Source: Candidatus Latescibacterota bacterium (GTDB taxonomy: Bacteria > Latescibacterota > UBA2968 > GCA-2709665). Taken from it: a DNA stretch of 64,000 nt. Below, one piece after another: positions 19,003 through 29,045 of the stretch. The notes below the pieces were generated by a model, which saw only the letters and a list, made by a program, of their open reading frames with translations, was not told the DNA's origin and made no database searches. Location of the stretch: the NCBI GenBank assembly GCA_965248435.1, contig OZ252100.1, positions 5,504,001 to 5,568,000 of the forward strand, written 5' to 3'. The position numbers were made by a program, and so were the translations under genes. Position 1 is the stretch's first letter. The number at the start of each line of letters is the position of its first letter.

Positions 19003-20694
19003 ATGACACGCGGCTATCAGAAGAGAATGGTTCTTGGCGCCGTCCTGCTGGTCGCTCTTACCCTCCGCGTCTGGCCTCTGTCATTCCCTGCGGACTCACA
19101 TCCGGATGAGGAAAACTCTGTTGCGCGTGCATTGCGGATGGGACGAGATGGGCTCAATCCTCAGTGGTATAGGTATCCACCCCTCTATTTCTACATCCTC
19201 TTCGCAACCTTTGGCGGTCGTTATGCAGTGGAAAGGGTGATAGGGCTTGTAGATTCGCCTGAGCACTTCGCCGAGCAATACTTCGTTGCCCCGCTTTCCT
19301 TCTTCATCCAGGCCCGTGTGGTCTCGGCTCTCTTTGGTGTACTTGCTGTTTGGGCGCTTTATTTCCTCGCCCGTAGGCTGTCCTTTTCATCGAGGGCGGC
19401 GGCAGGGGCAGCATTCGTCTTGGCGGTATCTCCCCTGCTGGTGCGCCTTTCGCATTTTTCGTTTACGGACGGGCCGCCGTTTTTGCCTTTTCTCTTGTCT
19501 CTGGCCATGGCAGCTCAGCTGTTGAAGGATGGGGGTAAGTCTTGCGCCTTTTGGTCCGGCTTTCTCGCGGGCCTCGCAGCGGCTCTCAAGTACCCCGCCG
19601 GAATCGCGATCGTAGGCCTGATTGGTGCAGCTTTCAGTCGTCGGGGTAACAATTCAGCAGGACGTCTCATTTTATGTGGGTTGCTTGGCCTCGGTGCAGG
19701 ATTTCTGTTCGTCTGCCCTTGGGCTATGTTGAATTTTTCTGCTTTCTGGCAGGATATTGCCTTCGTCGGCGAACATATGTCACATACGTTGGGAGATCTG
19801 CCGAGGAGTCGTGGTTATATCCCCTATGTGTTGCAATATTTGCCGGAGGCACTGGGATGGCCGTTCTATCTAACTGGAATTCTGGGACTGACGCTGTGGC
19901 TTCGTCGGAATTGGAGATCCGCGGCCATCGTGGGTGGACCTGCTCTGGCCTATTGGCTGATTATGGGAATGGCACAGTATCATTATGCCAAGTTCAGTCT
20001 GCCCATGCTACCTGTATTTGCTCTGGGCGTTGCGTGGTTGCTTGACCGTCCTTCTTGGCAAGACCGATGGAAAGGGGCATTTGCCGCCGTTTGCCTTCTT
20101 CTATTCGCCATCCCTCCATTGAGCCACTCACTGAGTTGGAACCTGCAGCTATCGCTCCCGGACACTCGCGCTTTAGCCACCCAATGGATCGAGAGAAATG
20201 TTTCACCGGGAGTTAGAGTACTGTCGCAGTCCTACGGCCCTCGGTTGGCCTATACACCAGAGCGGGCACGAGAGATCGCTGAGTCGGTCTTTGCCCTGGA
20301 TCTTGAATCAGGTCAAAAGTTTTCTTTTCTGGCCAGTCATCCACCCTTGGGCCGCCCCGGGTTTCACGTTATCGGAATTCCCGTTTACAAAGGGTCTCAC
20401 GGATTCTCAGGCTTGGAGGATACGTGGTATGACGCAGGAAAAGTAAATGCCGAAAGAATAGAATGGATCGTTCTCAGCAGTTCCGTTTATGGTCGCTATT
20501 TGGGTCGCAAAACCTTTCCGAGGCAGGTAGCCTTCCACATCTGGCTCGATCAATGCTGGCAGGAAGCGGCCCGCTTTAGCAGTCACGAGCCGCCATTGAC
20601 GGTGCCAATCTTGAGTCAGAAGGGGCGCCTCGGGCCGACACTGCGAGTCCTCAAACGTATCGTTCCCCCGCCGGTAGGATGCCAACAGCTCTAA
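19003..20694 (+). CDS. GT-C membrane glycosyltransferase (GT39/ArnT-like)
   Basis: HPDE, YPPLY, ARVVSALFG and AALKY motifs; multiple TM helices; DTR.LA..WI C-domain. Confidence 0.85.
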   Translation: MTRGYQKRMVLGAVLLVALTLRVWPLSFPADSHPDEENSVARALRMGRDGLNPQWYRYPPLYFYILFATFGGRYAVERVIGLVDSPEHFAEQYFVAPLSFFIQARVVSALFGVLAVWALYFLARRLSFSSRAAAGAAFVLAVSPLLVRLSHFSFTDGPPFLPFLLSLAMAAQLLKDGGKSCAFWSGFLAGLAAALKYPAGIAIVGLIGAAFSRRGNNSAGRLILCGLLGLGAGFLFVCPWAMLNFSAFWQDIAFVGEHMSHTLGDLPRSRGYIPYVLQYLPEALGWPFYLTGILGLTLWLRRNWRSAAIVGGPALAYWLIMGMAQYHYAKFSLPMLPVFALGVAWLLDRPSWQDRWKGAFAAVCLLLFAIPPLSHSLSWNLQLSLPDTRALATQWIERNVSPGVRVLSQSYGPRLAYTPERAREIAESVFALDLESGQKFSFLASHPPLGRPGFHVIGIPVYKGSHGFSGLEDTWYDAGKVNAERIEWIVLSSSVYGRYLGRKTFPRQVAFHIWLDQCWQEAARFSSHEPPLTVPILSQKGRLGPTLRVLKRIVPPPVGCQQL

Positions 20695-20953
20695 CAAGCC
20701 ACCATAAAATATTGAGACACAGGTACATAAACCAAAAACACTGACATGCCTGTGGCAGGTGCGGGGATGTTGACGACTGATACATCCCGGGTTTTCTCGA
20801 TCTGGCCGACCTAAAGGCTTGACTGTGAGAGAGGCCACGCATTTCTTTACAATCACTCCGTTCACTACGCAGGGTCCTCATCGAGATGGCTGGCCGGAAA
20901 GTGGGAGTCAAGTTTAGCCTTCTTGGTTTATCTCCTCCGAAAAGAGAGCGTGT

Positions 20954-21439
20954 ATGCCGATTGAGAAAGACGCCCGATTGGGCAAAGGAGTAATCGTCCA
21001 CCATCCCGACCTCGTCAACCTATACGGGTGTTCGATAGGGGATGGTACTAAAATCGGTGCTTTCGTGGAAATACAGAAAGGGGTCGAGATCGGAAGCCGA
21101 TGCAAAATCTCCTCCCACACGTTCATATGCGAAGGCGTGATTGTAGAGGACGAAGTGTTCATTGGGCACGGCGTTGTCTTTATCAACGACCTGAATCCTC
21201 GTGCCACGACGGATGGAAGATCGCAGACCGAGAGCGATTGGGAGGTGATCCCAACTCGAGTTCATCGAGGTGCCTCCATCGGAAGTAACGCCACGATCCT
21301 ATGTGGCCTGACAGTTGGGCGAGAAGCCTTGATTGGCGCTGGGGCTGTGGTAACGAAAGACGTTCCCAATTACGCGACAGTTGTAGGGGTGCCAGCAAGA
21401 TGCGTCGGAGACACTAGGGAACAGGAAGGGAAATCATGA
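20954..21439 (+). CDS. hexapeptide-repeat sugar N-acyltransferase (WbpD/WxcM-like)
   Basis: NLYGCSIG, FVEIQK, HTFICEGV, GASIGSNATI, VVGVPAR. Confidence 0.9.
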   Translation: MPIEKDARLGKGVIVHHPDLVNLYGCSIGDGTKIGAFVEIQKGVEIGSRCKISSHTFICEGVIVEDEVFIGHGVVFINDLNPRATTDGRSQTESDWEVIPTRVHRGASIGSNATILCGLTVGREALIGAGAVVTKDVPNYATVVGVPARCVGDTREQEGKS

Positions 21440-22458
21440 TCAGGGTTGGTATCGTAGGTTACGGCTATTGGGGGCCTAATCTGGCGCGCAATTTCTCGGA
21501 AGTCGCAGATTCCGAAGTCATAGCGATCAGTGATCTGAACGCAGAACGATTAGGCGCGGTACAGAGGCGTTATCCGGCAGTGAAAATAACAACCGACTAT
21601 CGCGATCTGCTGGTCAATCCATCCATCGACGCCGTTGTGATTGCAACACCGGTTTCGACACACTTCGATCTGGCCATGGAAGCACTGCGGGCAGACAAAC
21701 ACGTCTTGGTGGAAAAACCGCTTACGACGTCCACAGAACACGCAAACCGGCTAATCGAAGAAGCCCACCGACGCAAGAAGATCCTGATGGTCGATCACAT
21801 CTTTGTCTATACCGGTGCAGTGAAAAAGATAAGGGAATTGGTGGACGATGGCAGACTTGGGAAGCCCTATTACTATGATTCCATAAGGATCAACCTTGGT
21901 TTGTTTCAACACGATGTCAACGTCTTGTGGGATTTGGCAGTACACGATCTTTCAATTATGGACTACATCCTGGGCAAGCAGCCTCACGCTGTATCGGCCA
22001 CAGCTGTTGCCCATGTAGCGGGCCAGCCCGCTGACATTGCGTATTTGACCTGCTTTTTCGAAGACAATTTGATAGCCCACATCCACGTCAACTGGCTATC
22101 GCCTGTAAAGATACGCCGCATCCTGATAAGCGGAGACAAACAGATGGCTGTCTACGATGACCTGGATCCCAGCGATAAGGTAAAGGTCTATGACAGCGGC
22201 ATTACCGTAGATAACTCTGTAGATCAAGAGGGCATTTATCAAATGTTGGTGGGGTATCGTACGGGTGACATGTGGGCGCCAAATTTGGATCGTACCGAGG
22301 CCCTATACGCCGAGGCGCAGCACTTCGTCCAGTGTATTCAAGATAATCAGCCGGCAATCACTAACGGCGAATCAGGTCTACGGGTCGTGCGAATCCTTGA
22401 AGCCGTAGACCGGTCTCTCGCCAAAGAAGGTGAGCGGGTTGACATAGACCTCACATGA
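21436..22458 (+). CDS. Gfo/Idh/MocA oxidoreductase
   Basis: GYGYWGPN, HVLVEKP, WDLAVHD. Confidence 0.92.
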   Translation: MIRVGIVGYGYWGPNLARNFSEVADSEVIAISDLNAERLGAVQRRYPAVKITTDYRDLLVNPSIDAVVIATPVSTHFDLAMEALRADKHVLVEKPLTTSTEHANRLIEEAHRRKKILMVDHIFVYTGAVKKIRELVDDGRLGKPYYYDSIRINLGLFQHDVNVLWDLAVHDLSIMDYILGKQPHAVSATAVAHVAGQPADIAYLTCFFEDNLIAHIHVNWLSPVKIRRILISGDKQMAVYDDLDPSDKVKVYDSGITVDNSVDQEGIYQMLVGYRTGDMWAPNLDRTEALYAEAQHFVQCIQDNQPAITNGESGLRVVRILEAVDRSLAKEGERVDIDLT

Positions 22459-22465
22459 TTGTCAT

Positions 22466-23473
22466 ATGATAAGAAAAGTAATGGTTACAGGTGGGGCTGG
22501 GTTCATCGGCTCTGAATTGGTTCGCCAGTTTGCCAAGCAAGGAACTGAAGTTATTGCTGTCGACAATCTGGTGAACGGAAAGCGGGAGAACCTGGAAGGT
22601 TTGTCGACCAGCCAAGTTCGATTGGCCACAGTCGATATCCGCGACACTGAGCATATGGTCTCGTTATCGGTCGACGTGGACATTTTCTTCCACTTGGCGT
22701 GCATGGGCGTGAGGCATTCTATTCACTCTCCAGATGAAAATCATGAAGTTAACGCGACGGCTACTTTGCATCTCTTGTCAATCGCAAAGGCAGCGGGCAT
22801 CAAACGCTTTGTGTATGTTTCGACATCTGAAGTATACGGTACTGCACGTTTTGTCCCAATGACTGAAGACCATCCCACGTTTCCTGAAACAGTCTACGGC
22901 TCGTCGAAGCTGGCGGGAGAATGTTATGCCCGTGCATTTCATCGAACCTATGGCTACCCGACGGTCGTCGTACGACCTTTCAATACTTACGGGCCACGTT
23001 GTCACCACGAGGGAGACAGCGGTGAGGTCATCCCGAAATTTATACTGCATTGTTTGTCCGATCGTCCAATGGTGATATTTGGCGACGGGACCCAAACCCG
23101 GGACTTCACATTCGTCAGCGACACGGCAAGGGGGATCCGAGAAGCCGGATTGTCCAATGACACCGTGGGACGGACGATCAATCTGGGCAGCGGACGTGAG
23201 ATAAGCATAAATGACCTGGCGCGCAAAGTGGCAGACGTGACCGGACACCCTGATGTACCCGTGGTTTACGATCCACCCCGCCCTGGTGACGTCATGCGGC
23301 TTTACGCAAATATTATCACCGGGCGTGAACTGATTGGATTCGAACCCGAAGTTACGCTCCGGGAAGGGTTAATCAAGGTAAAGGACTGGTATTTGAGTCT
23401 TAACCAACCGCCTGAGAGGTTGCTCGAAGAGGAAATCAGGCGAAACTGGGAGCTGAAGAGAAATGGCTCCTAA
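22466..23473 (+). CDS. NAD-dependent nucleotide-sugar epimerase/dehydratase
   Basis: VTGGAGFIGS, STSEVYG, YGSSK, RPFNTYGP, GDGTQTRDF. Confidence 0.93.
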   Translation: MIRKVMVTGGAGFIGSELVRQFAKQGTEVIAVDNLVNGKRENLEGLSTSQVRLATVDIRDTEHMVSLSVDVDIFFHLACMGVRHSIHSPDENHEVNATATLHLLSIAKAAGIKRFVYVSTSEVYGTARFVPMTEDHPTFPETVYGSSKLAGECYARAFHRTYGYPTVVVRPFNTYGPRCHHEGDSGEVIPKFILHCLSDRPMVIFGDGTQTRDFTFVSDTARGIREAGLSNDTVGRTINLGSGREISINDLARKVADVTGHPDVPVVYDPPRPGDVMRLYANIITGRELIGFEPEVTLREGLIKVKDWYLSLNQPPERLLEEEIRRNWELKRNGS

Positions 23474-24623
23474 AGGAAAGCGTCAAATACATATTGCAAA
23501 ACCCTGGATGGATAATCAGGAGGCTGAAGCAGCCAGGCGCGCGATCCAGTCCGGTTGGGTTACGCAGGGTCCCGAGGTCGCCGCATTTGAGGAGGAGTTT
23601 GCCGATTATGTTGAGGCCACTCACGCCTGTGCCGTGTCGAGTTGCACGGCCGCACTCCATCTCGCTTTGCTCGCGGCTGGTGTTCAATCCGGCGACGAGG
23701 TCATCACAGTCAGCCACTCCTATATTTCAACGGCCAACAGCATACGCTATTGTGGGGCAAAGCCAGTATTTGTAGACGTTCAGCCGGGGACATTCAATAT
23801 GGATCCGGCACTCGTTCAGAGTGCAATCACAAACTATACTCGAGCCATCCTCTGTGTGCATCAAATGGGAATGCCGTGTGATCTGAAGTCTATCCTGGAC
23901 ATCGCTAATCGTCACAAACTTATGGTGGTTGAGGATGCAGCCTGTGCCATCGGCAGCGAAATATGCTGGAATGGAACATGGGAAAAGATTGGGAAGCCGC
24001 ATGCGCACATCGCATGCTTCTCCTTTCACCCACGCAAAGTTATCACGACCGGGGACGGGGGCATGATAACCACATCCAATTCCGAGTTTGACAGGCAATT
24101 CCGCTTGATGCGCCAAAATGGCATGACGGTTCCGGATGCTGTACGCCACAAATCAAAGGAAATCATTTTCGAGTCTTATCCCGTACTGGGCTATAACTAC
24201 CGCATGACTGACATTCAAGCAGCGGTTGGGCGCGTACAGCTGAAACGGATTCCTGAAATTCTGAGCAAGCGCCTTTACCTGAAGAAACGGTACTCGGAAT
24301 TGCTGGAACTAACCCAGGTAACCTTACCTGAGGAGCCATCCTGGGCTCGCAGTAACTGGCAGAGTTACTGTATTCGTCTTCCCGAAGATTGCTCACAAAA
24401 ACGCGTAATGCAGGATATGTTGAATCTTGGAGTGGCTACCCGGCGAGGGATCATGTGCGCCCACCGGGAAGGCGCATACAACATAGATTCCGATTCCTTG
24501 CTTCTTCCTGAATCCGAACGAGCTCAGGATAACAGTATTCTACTTCCTCTATATCCGCAAATGAGTGAGAAAGATCAGGATGGCGTTGTTCGCGCATTGC
24601 GTTCTTGCATTTTAAAGAATTGA
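23463..24623 (+). CDS. DegT/DnrJ/EryC1/StrS sugar aminotransferase
   Basis: SSCTAALH, EDAA, FSFHPRK, GDGG, GYNYRM. Confidence 0.93.
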   Translation: MAPKGKRQIHIAKPWMDNQEAEAARRAIQSGWVTQGPEVAAFEEEFADYVEATHACAVSSCTAALHLALLAAGVQSGDEVITVSHSYISTANSIRYCGAKPVFVDVQPGTFNMDPALVQSAITNYTRAILCVHQMGMPCDLKSILDIANRHKLMVVEDAACAIGSEICWNGTWEKIGKPHAHIACFSFHPRKVITTGDGGMITTSNSEFDRQFRLMRQNGMTVPDAVRHKSKEIIFESYPVLGYNYRMTDIQAAVGRVQLKRIPEILSKRLYLKKRYSELLELTQVTLPEEPSWARSNWQSYCIRLPEDCSQKRVMQDMLNLGVATRRGIMCAHREGAYNIDSDSLLLPESERAQDNSILLPLYPQMSEKDQDGVVRALRSCILKN

Positions 24624-24710
24624 TTTTTTCGTTGCGAAACGGTGTTTGTGGACTTCATCAGGGCCGGGTTGCTGCATTCATCGAAAGACAGTGTGATTCT
24701 GGACGAGGCG

Positions 24711-25679
24711 ATGACGAATAAGATTCTATCCATCATCATCCCCGCATTCAATGAAGAAGAATGCCTCCCCGCTCTTTTGACAACTCTTGATAAAATAATA
24801 GAGAATGAATTGCATCACGTCGTCGTGGAAGTGATGATTGTTGATGATCATTCTACTGACAGTACATCGGACATTCTTGAGGGGAAAGCAGCAGACTATT
24901 CTTGGCTGAACTACATTCGTTTATTGAAGAACTCTGGAAGTCACGTTGCCATCTTTGCAGGATTAAGCGTCTGCAAAGGAGATATGGCTTTCATTATGGC
25001 GGCCGACCTACAAGATCCACCAGAAATCATTCCATTGTTCATTCAACAAATTGCGGTCGGCTACAAAATCGTCTTGGGAGAACGAGAAGGGCGGAAAGAT
25101 CCGTATTTGAGGCAGATCCTGTCTTCCGTTTTTAACTACTTCATGAGTCGCTTCGTGGCGCGCGATTTCCCGGTGAGAGGCGGTGATGTCTTCTTGATCG
25201 ACCGCGATATTATTGATGCTGTCCTGCAGTGCGAAGAAAAGAACGCCAACATCTTCGTGTTGATGCTGTCCCTATGCAAAGATGTCGGCGTCGTGAAATA
25301 TAGGCGACAAGAAAGGTATGCCGGCGTCAGCAAATGGAATGTGAGTCAATTATTTAAACTAGCGTATGACAGTATTATCATGGTCGGATATCTCCCCTTG
25401 CGGCTCGTCATGTGGGTGGGAATCCTCTCCTTTCTGCTTTCTGTTCTCATGGTTTGCTATCTGCTTATCGCTAAGTTGACTGGACTGATCCACGTGGAAG
25501 GCTGGACATCCATCCTGGCGGCAATTGTGGCCTTTGGCGGCATTCACATGATTTCGATTTCTATAGTGGGCGAATATCTTTGGAGGAACTTCGATCAAAC
25601 TCGGAAAAGGCCGATCTTTATAATTCAAAGGAGTCGGTTGTTGAATCAAGAATCGGTCCAGAACGATGAAACTGGCTGA
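24711..25679 (+). CDS. GT2 polyprenyl-phosphate glycosyltransferase (ArnC/GtrB-like)
   Basis: IIPAFNEE, VDDHSTD, ADLQDPP, two C-terminal TM helices, GEYLWR...KRP. Confidence 0.9.
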   Translation: MTNKILSIIIPAFNEEECLPALLTTLDKIIENELHHVVVEVMIVDDHSTDSTSDILEGKAADYSWLNYIRLLKNSGSHVAIFAGLSVCKGDMAFIMAADLQDPPEIIPLFIQQIAVGYKIVLGEREGRKDPYLRQILSSVFNYFMSRFVARDFPVRGGDVFLIDRDIIDAVLQCEEKNANIFVLMLSLCKDVGVVKYRRQERYAGVSKWNVSQLFKLAYDSIIMVGYLPLRLVMWVGILSFLLSVLMVCYLLIAKLTGLIHVEGWTSILAAIVAFGGIHMISISIVGEYLWRNFDQTRKRPIFIIQRSRLLNQESVQNDETG

Positions 25680-25731
25680 CCAATCTCCTCTGAATTGTCA
25701 GGATGGTGTATGATTTCTAGAAGGAATTGAA

Positions 25732-26736
25732 ATGCGAATCTTGTTTGTGGGTGGTACCAAGCGAGGTTATTTGACGCTGAGAGCACTTGTCAATATGGGT
25801 GCTGATGTCGCAGGAATCATTTGCCTACAACAACACGACCACGAACTGGAGCGATACGAGGAACCGATAAGGATTCTCGCTGAGGAGTTTGGGATTCCTC
25901 ACTACGGAACCAAATGGATGAAAGATCGGGACTACGTCGAGTTGATTGAGGAGATAAGCCCGGATATCGCTTTCGTGATAGGCTGCAGGATTCTGATACC
26001 CGAGGCAATCTATTCCATCCCTGCGATGGGTACTCTAGCTGTTCACGATTCCCTTCTGCCGGAGTACCGTGGGTTTGCCCCCATGAATTGGGCTATCCTG
26101 AATTGTGAAGATTACACCGGTGTCACGCTTTTCTACCTGAGTGAATTGATGGATGGGGGGGACATTGTTGCACAGAAGAAAGTCCCGATCGGACCGGAAG
26201 ACACCGCATCAACTGTAAGTGAGCGGGTTTGCCAGGCAACCGTGAATGTCGTTTTAGATACGTATCCCCTTATTGCCAAGGGGACATCTTCTAGGATCAA
26301 GCAGAACTATGGAGATGGTAATGTTGGATGTAGCCGCACACCTTCAGATGGGATGATAGACTGGGGCGACTCGACGCTATCCATCAGTAACCAGATCCGC
26401 GCTTTGACTTATCCGTATCCTGGTGCTTTTTCTTACTATGAGGGCAAGAAACTCAAGGTTTGGAAGGCAGACCCTCTGCTGGATTCCCCCGATTATGCCG
26501 GACGCATACCCGGCCGTGTCGTCAGCATATCCAGCCAAGAAGGCCACGCAGATGTACTCACGGGCGATGGAGTAATCAGGATTCTTGAGGTGCAATTCGA
26601 AGGCGAAAAGACGGTACCCGCGGCAAAAGTCATCAAGTCCATAAGAGACGCGCTGGGAGTACGTATCCCTGACCTAATTTCTCGGATCGAAAATCTTGAA
26701 CAGTTGATTGCGAAGAACTACAAATCTGAGAAGTGA
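25732..26736 (+). CDS. nucleotide-sugar N-formyltransferase (Fmt / ArnA N-terminal-like)
   Basis: HDSLLPEYRGFAP, GVTLF, DGGDI, IRALTYPYPGAF. Confidence 0.88.
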   Translation: MRILFVGGTKRGYLTLRALVNMGADVAGIICLQQHDHELERYEEPIRILAEEFGIPHYGTKWMKDRDYVELIEEISPDIAFVIGCRILIPEAIYSIPAMGTLAVHDSLLPEYRGFAPMNWAILNCEDYTGVTLFYLSELMDGGDIVAQKKVPIGPEDTASTVSERVCQATVNVVLDTYPLIAKGTSSRIKQNYGDGNVGCSRTPSDGMIDWGDSTLSISNQIRALTYPYPGAFSYYEGKKLKVWKADPLLDSPDYAGRIPGRVVSISSQEGHADVLTGDGVIRILEVQFEGEKTVPAAKVIKSIRDALGVRIPDLISRIENLEQLIAKNYKSEK

Positions 26737-26876
26737 TACCGGCAATAGAAGTTCCATTGAAGTGTTCGAACGCAACTCCCACCGAAGCAAATCACATCCG
26801 GAAGATCCGAATTCCCGAGTAAGGCGACGCCCTCCTGGAAGTTGATCTAGAAGGGCTATCAAGCGTAGTTTCCGTT

Positions 26877-26898
26877 TGGTGACCCCGAGGGGAGTCCA
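26877..26898 (-). repeat. att-like copy 1 of a tRNA-Glu-like 3' end
   Basis: TGGTGACCCCGAGGGGAGTCCA; reverse complement ...GACTCCCCTCGGGGTCACCA is a T-arm/acceptor 3' strand ending in CCA; identical 22-mer at 28674. Confidence 0.75.
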
Positions 26899-27143
26899 CC
26901 GGTATGCAACGCTTGTGATAGCTCGAAATCCAGCTCTATTGCTGATGGAGCTGCGTGACGCAGCTTAGTCTGGCACCGCCTGATCCGACGTCACTTCAAT
27001 TCCAGCAATCCCCTCCATAAGCATCTCTTGGCCGCCGTTCCTCGCCGTCGTATCTTGGGTTGCGATGTGCACCTATGTCACCATCCATAAGACACATTTG
27101 CTATCCACTGCTCTTCGCGGAAAACCAAAGGACGAGCCCAGCC

Positions 27144-28229
27144 ATGGACGAAAACCCTACGGTCAGCACCGTATTCGAGATCGAGCCGCCGGATCCACCC
27201 AACGACGGCATCATGTTCGTAGACCACGCCCGATCGGGCCGTAGTGGCCACCTGGGCCACGCGCTCGTTGAATATGCACCGGGGAAAATCCTGGCGTTCT
27301 ACTCCAACTGCTCGGATAGGAACGACGGACACACGGGGGACGGGTGGATGGAATACCGGCGTTCCGAAGACGGGGGACGAACCTGGAGCGCCGGCGAAGT
27401 GCTTGCCTACTCCAAGGCGGTCTACGACAGGAACGCTGGAAAGTCCGTCATGTGTGAGAATGCCGTGCGAGCCGACGACGGGGCGGTCGTCCTGTTCAAC
27501 CTGGAGTGCGGGAACACGGCCGAAGAGAAGTGGGCGTGGGCGCCGCTGGACGTTCCCACGTGTCTTCGCAGTACGGATGACGGCCGTACGTGGGGACCTG
27601 CGGAACCGATGGGCGATCAACCCGGCCGCATCTGGGATGCGATGGTTCACGACGGCAGCATCCTGGTTCTCGAGCTGTGCAACGACAGCTCGATCCAATG
27701 GTACGGCAACCTTCCCGAGCACTTCTACGGGCTCTATGCAAGCACCGATCACGGGCGCAGCTTCGCCCTGCGGAGCAAGCTGCCGCTCGAGATCCAGTGT
27801 CGGGGCTACGGCGCCCTGTCGATTCTCCAAGACGGCGGACTGATCGCCTACGTCTACAACATGGCCGACGAAAAACACCTGGACTACGTCATCAGTCACG
27901 ACGGCGGCTACACCTGGAGCGACGTGCAAACCGCGTTTTTTGAGAAGCAGATTCGAAATCCGCAGATGGCCCGCTTCAAAGGCGGATACGTCCTTCACGG
28001 ACGGAGCGGAGCCCAGGGAGAAGGGAGCGGACATTTCGTACTGTATACGTCGGACGACGGCATCCACTGGGACTCGGGACGCTACCTGCGGATGCAGGAG
28101 GCGCGCGCCGGCGCATACTCGAACAATTTACGCGTGCACAGCCCCGATGCACCGGAACGCCTGCTGATCCAGGCTTCCCACGCGTACGAAGGATATATGA
28201 CGAACATCCTGCACTGGTGGCTGACTTAG
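27144..28229 (+). CDS. sialidase/BNR (Asp-box) repeat protein
   Basis: Repeated SxDxGxTW boxes (SEDGGRTW, STDDGRTW, STDHGRSF, SHDGGYTW, SDDGIHW). Confidence 0.85.
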   Translation: MDENPTVSTVFEIEPPDPPNDGIMFVDHARSGRSGHLGHALVEYAPGKILAFYSNCSDRNDGHTGDGWMEYRRSEDGGRTWSAGEVLAYSKAVYDRNAGKSVMCENAVRADDGAVVLFNLECGNTAEEKWAWAPLDVPTCLRSTDDGRTWGPAEPMGDQPGRIWDAMVHDGSILVLELCNDSSIQWYGNLPEHFYGLYASTDHGRSFALRSKLPLEIQCRGYGALSILQDGGLIAYVYNMADEKHLDYVISHDGGYTWSDVQTAFFEKQIRNPQMARFKGGYVLHGRSGAQGEGSGHFVLYTSDDGIHWDSGRYLRMQEARAGAYSNNLRVHSPDAPERLLIQASHAYEGYMTNILHWWLT

Positions 28230-28289
28230 TGGAAGGTCCCACGGGCCTCAGATTTCGCCAGGTCACATGACTCTCGGAGGTCCGATGAC

Positions 28290-28592
28290 TCATCAAATTC
28301 ACCGACAGCGGCAGCGTGACGGTGAATGCGGCCACCGAGGACTGGCAACGTCATCGCCGTGTCCGATACCGGCAAGGGCATCCCCTCAGACGAACCACCC
28401 ACCATCTTCGACGAATACCGTCAGGCCGAAGGGTCCGAGAGCAGCGTGCAGAAGGGCACCGGGCTGGGGCTGTCGATTACGAAGAAATTCGCGGAGCTGC
28501 TGGGCGGGACGATCGGCGTGGTGAGCGAAGTGGGCAAGGGCAGCACGTTTACGGTGCGGGTGCCGGTTGAGTATGGCGACGGACAATCCTGA
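28290..28592 (+). pseudogene. histidine kinase HATPase_c C-terminal fragment
   Basis: IKFTDSGSV in one frame, then VSDTGKGI...GTGLGLSI...SEVGKGSTF in another; no N-terminal part. Confidence 0.8.
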
Positions 28593-28624
28593 CCGCTGAC
28601 CTCTGTCTTCTGCTCTCTAATCAC

Positions 28625-28661
28625 AAAGGCGCCCCTTCGGTCTGGCCGAAAGGGCGCCTTT
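28625..28661. terminator. GC-rich hairpin, probably a terminator usable in both directions
   Basis: AAAGGCGCCCCTTCGG-TCTGG-CCGAAAGGGCGCCTTT, directly beyond the CCA end of the att copy at 28674. Confidence 0.7.
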
Positions 28662-28673
28662 CATTGTCAAATC

Positions 28674-28695
28674 TGGTGACCCCGAGGGGAGTCCA
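28674..28695 (-). repeat. att-like copy 2 of a tRNA-Glu-like 3' end (left boundary of the large island)
   Basis: Identical 22-mer to 26877-26898; base composition and gene content change to its right. Confidence 0.75.
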
Positions 28696-28910
28696 AGCGA
28701 AAGCAACGCTTAAAGGACTTGTGTATCAGTTAGAAGTCTAGTGCTTGTCTCGGCTTGTTGCACACCGTGGCTTCATCCCCTCATAAGCCAGAACGATGCC
28801 CTTTCAAGTAATATAAGGGGAATCCAGGCCACAAAGAACCGTTTTTCCACCGTGCTTGAAGGCATAGTTGAGGGCCGCCGGTTCATCGGCCAATTACAGG
28901 AGATACACCC

Positions 28911-28939
28911 TTGACACTAGGTGTCGGACACTCTAAGAT
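28911..28939 (+). promoter_or_regulatory. sigma70-type promoter with overlapping GACAC/GTGTC palindromes
   Basis: TTGACA-N17-TAAGAT; the spacer region contains GACAC-TAG-GTGTC and GTGTC-G-GACAC. Confidence 0.6.
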
Positions 28940-29045
28940 ACCAATAAGGGAGGCATAGTCTCCCGATTTCTGTGAATCAATTTCGCTTCGGGATCGTGGG
29001 GCCGTGATCGGGTTGGCGCCAGTTGCATCCCGGAAGGAGAAGTAG

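Noticed and set aside
26877-28750. Complete tRNA-Glu genes or CRISPR repeats
   Set aside because: tRNA similarity stops in the T-loop, and there are only two copies 1.8 kb apart with no spacer periodicity
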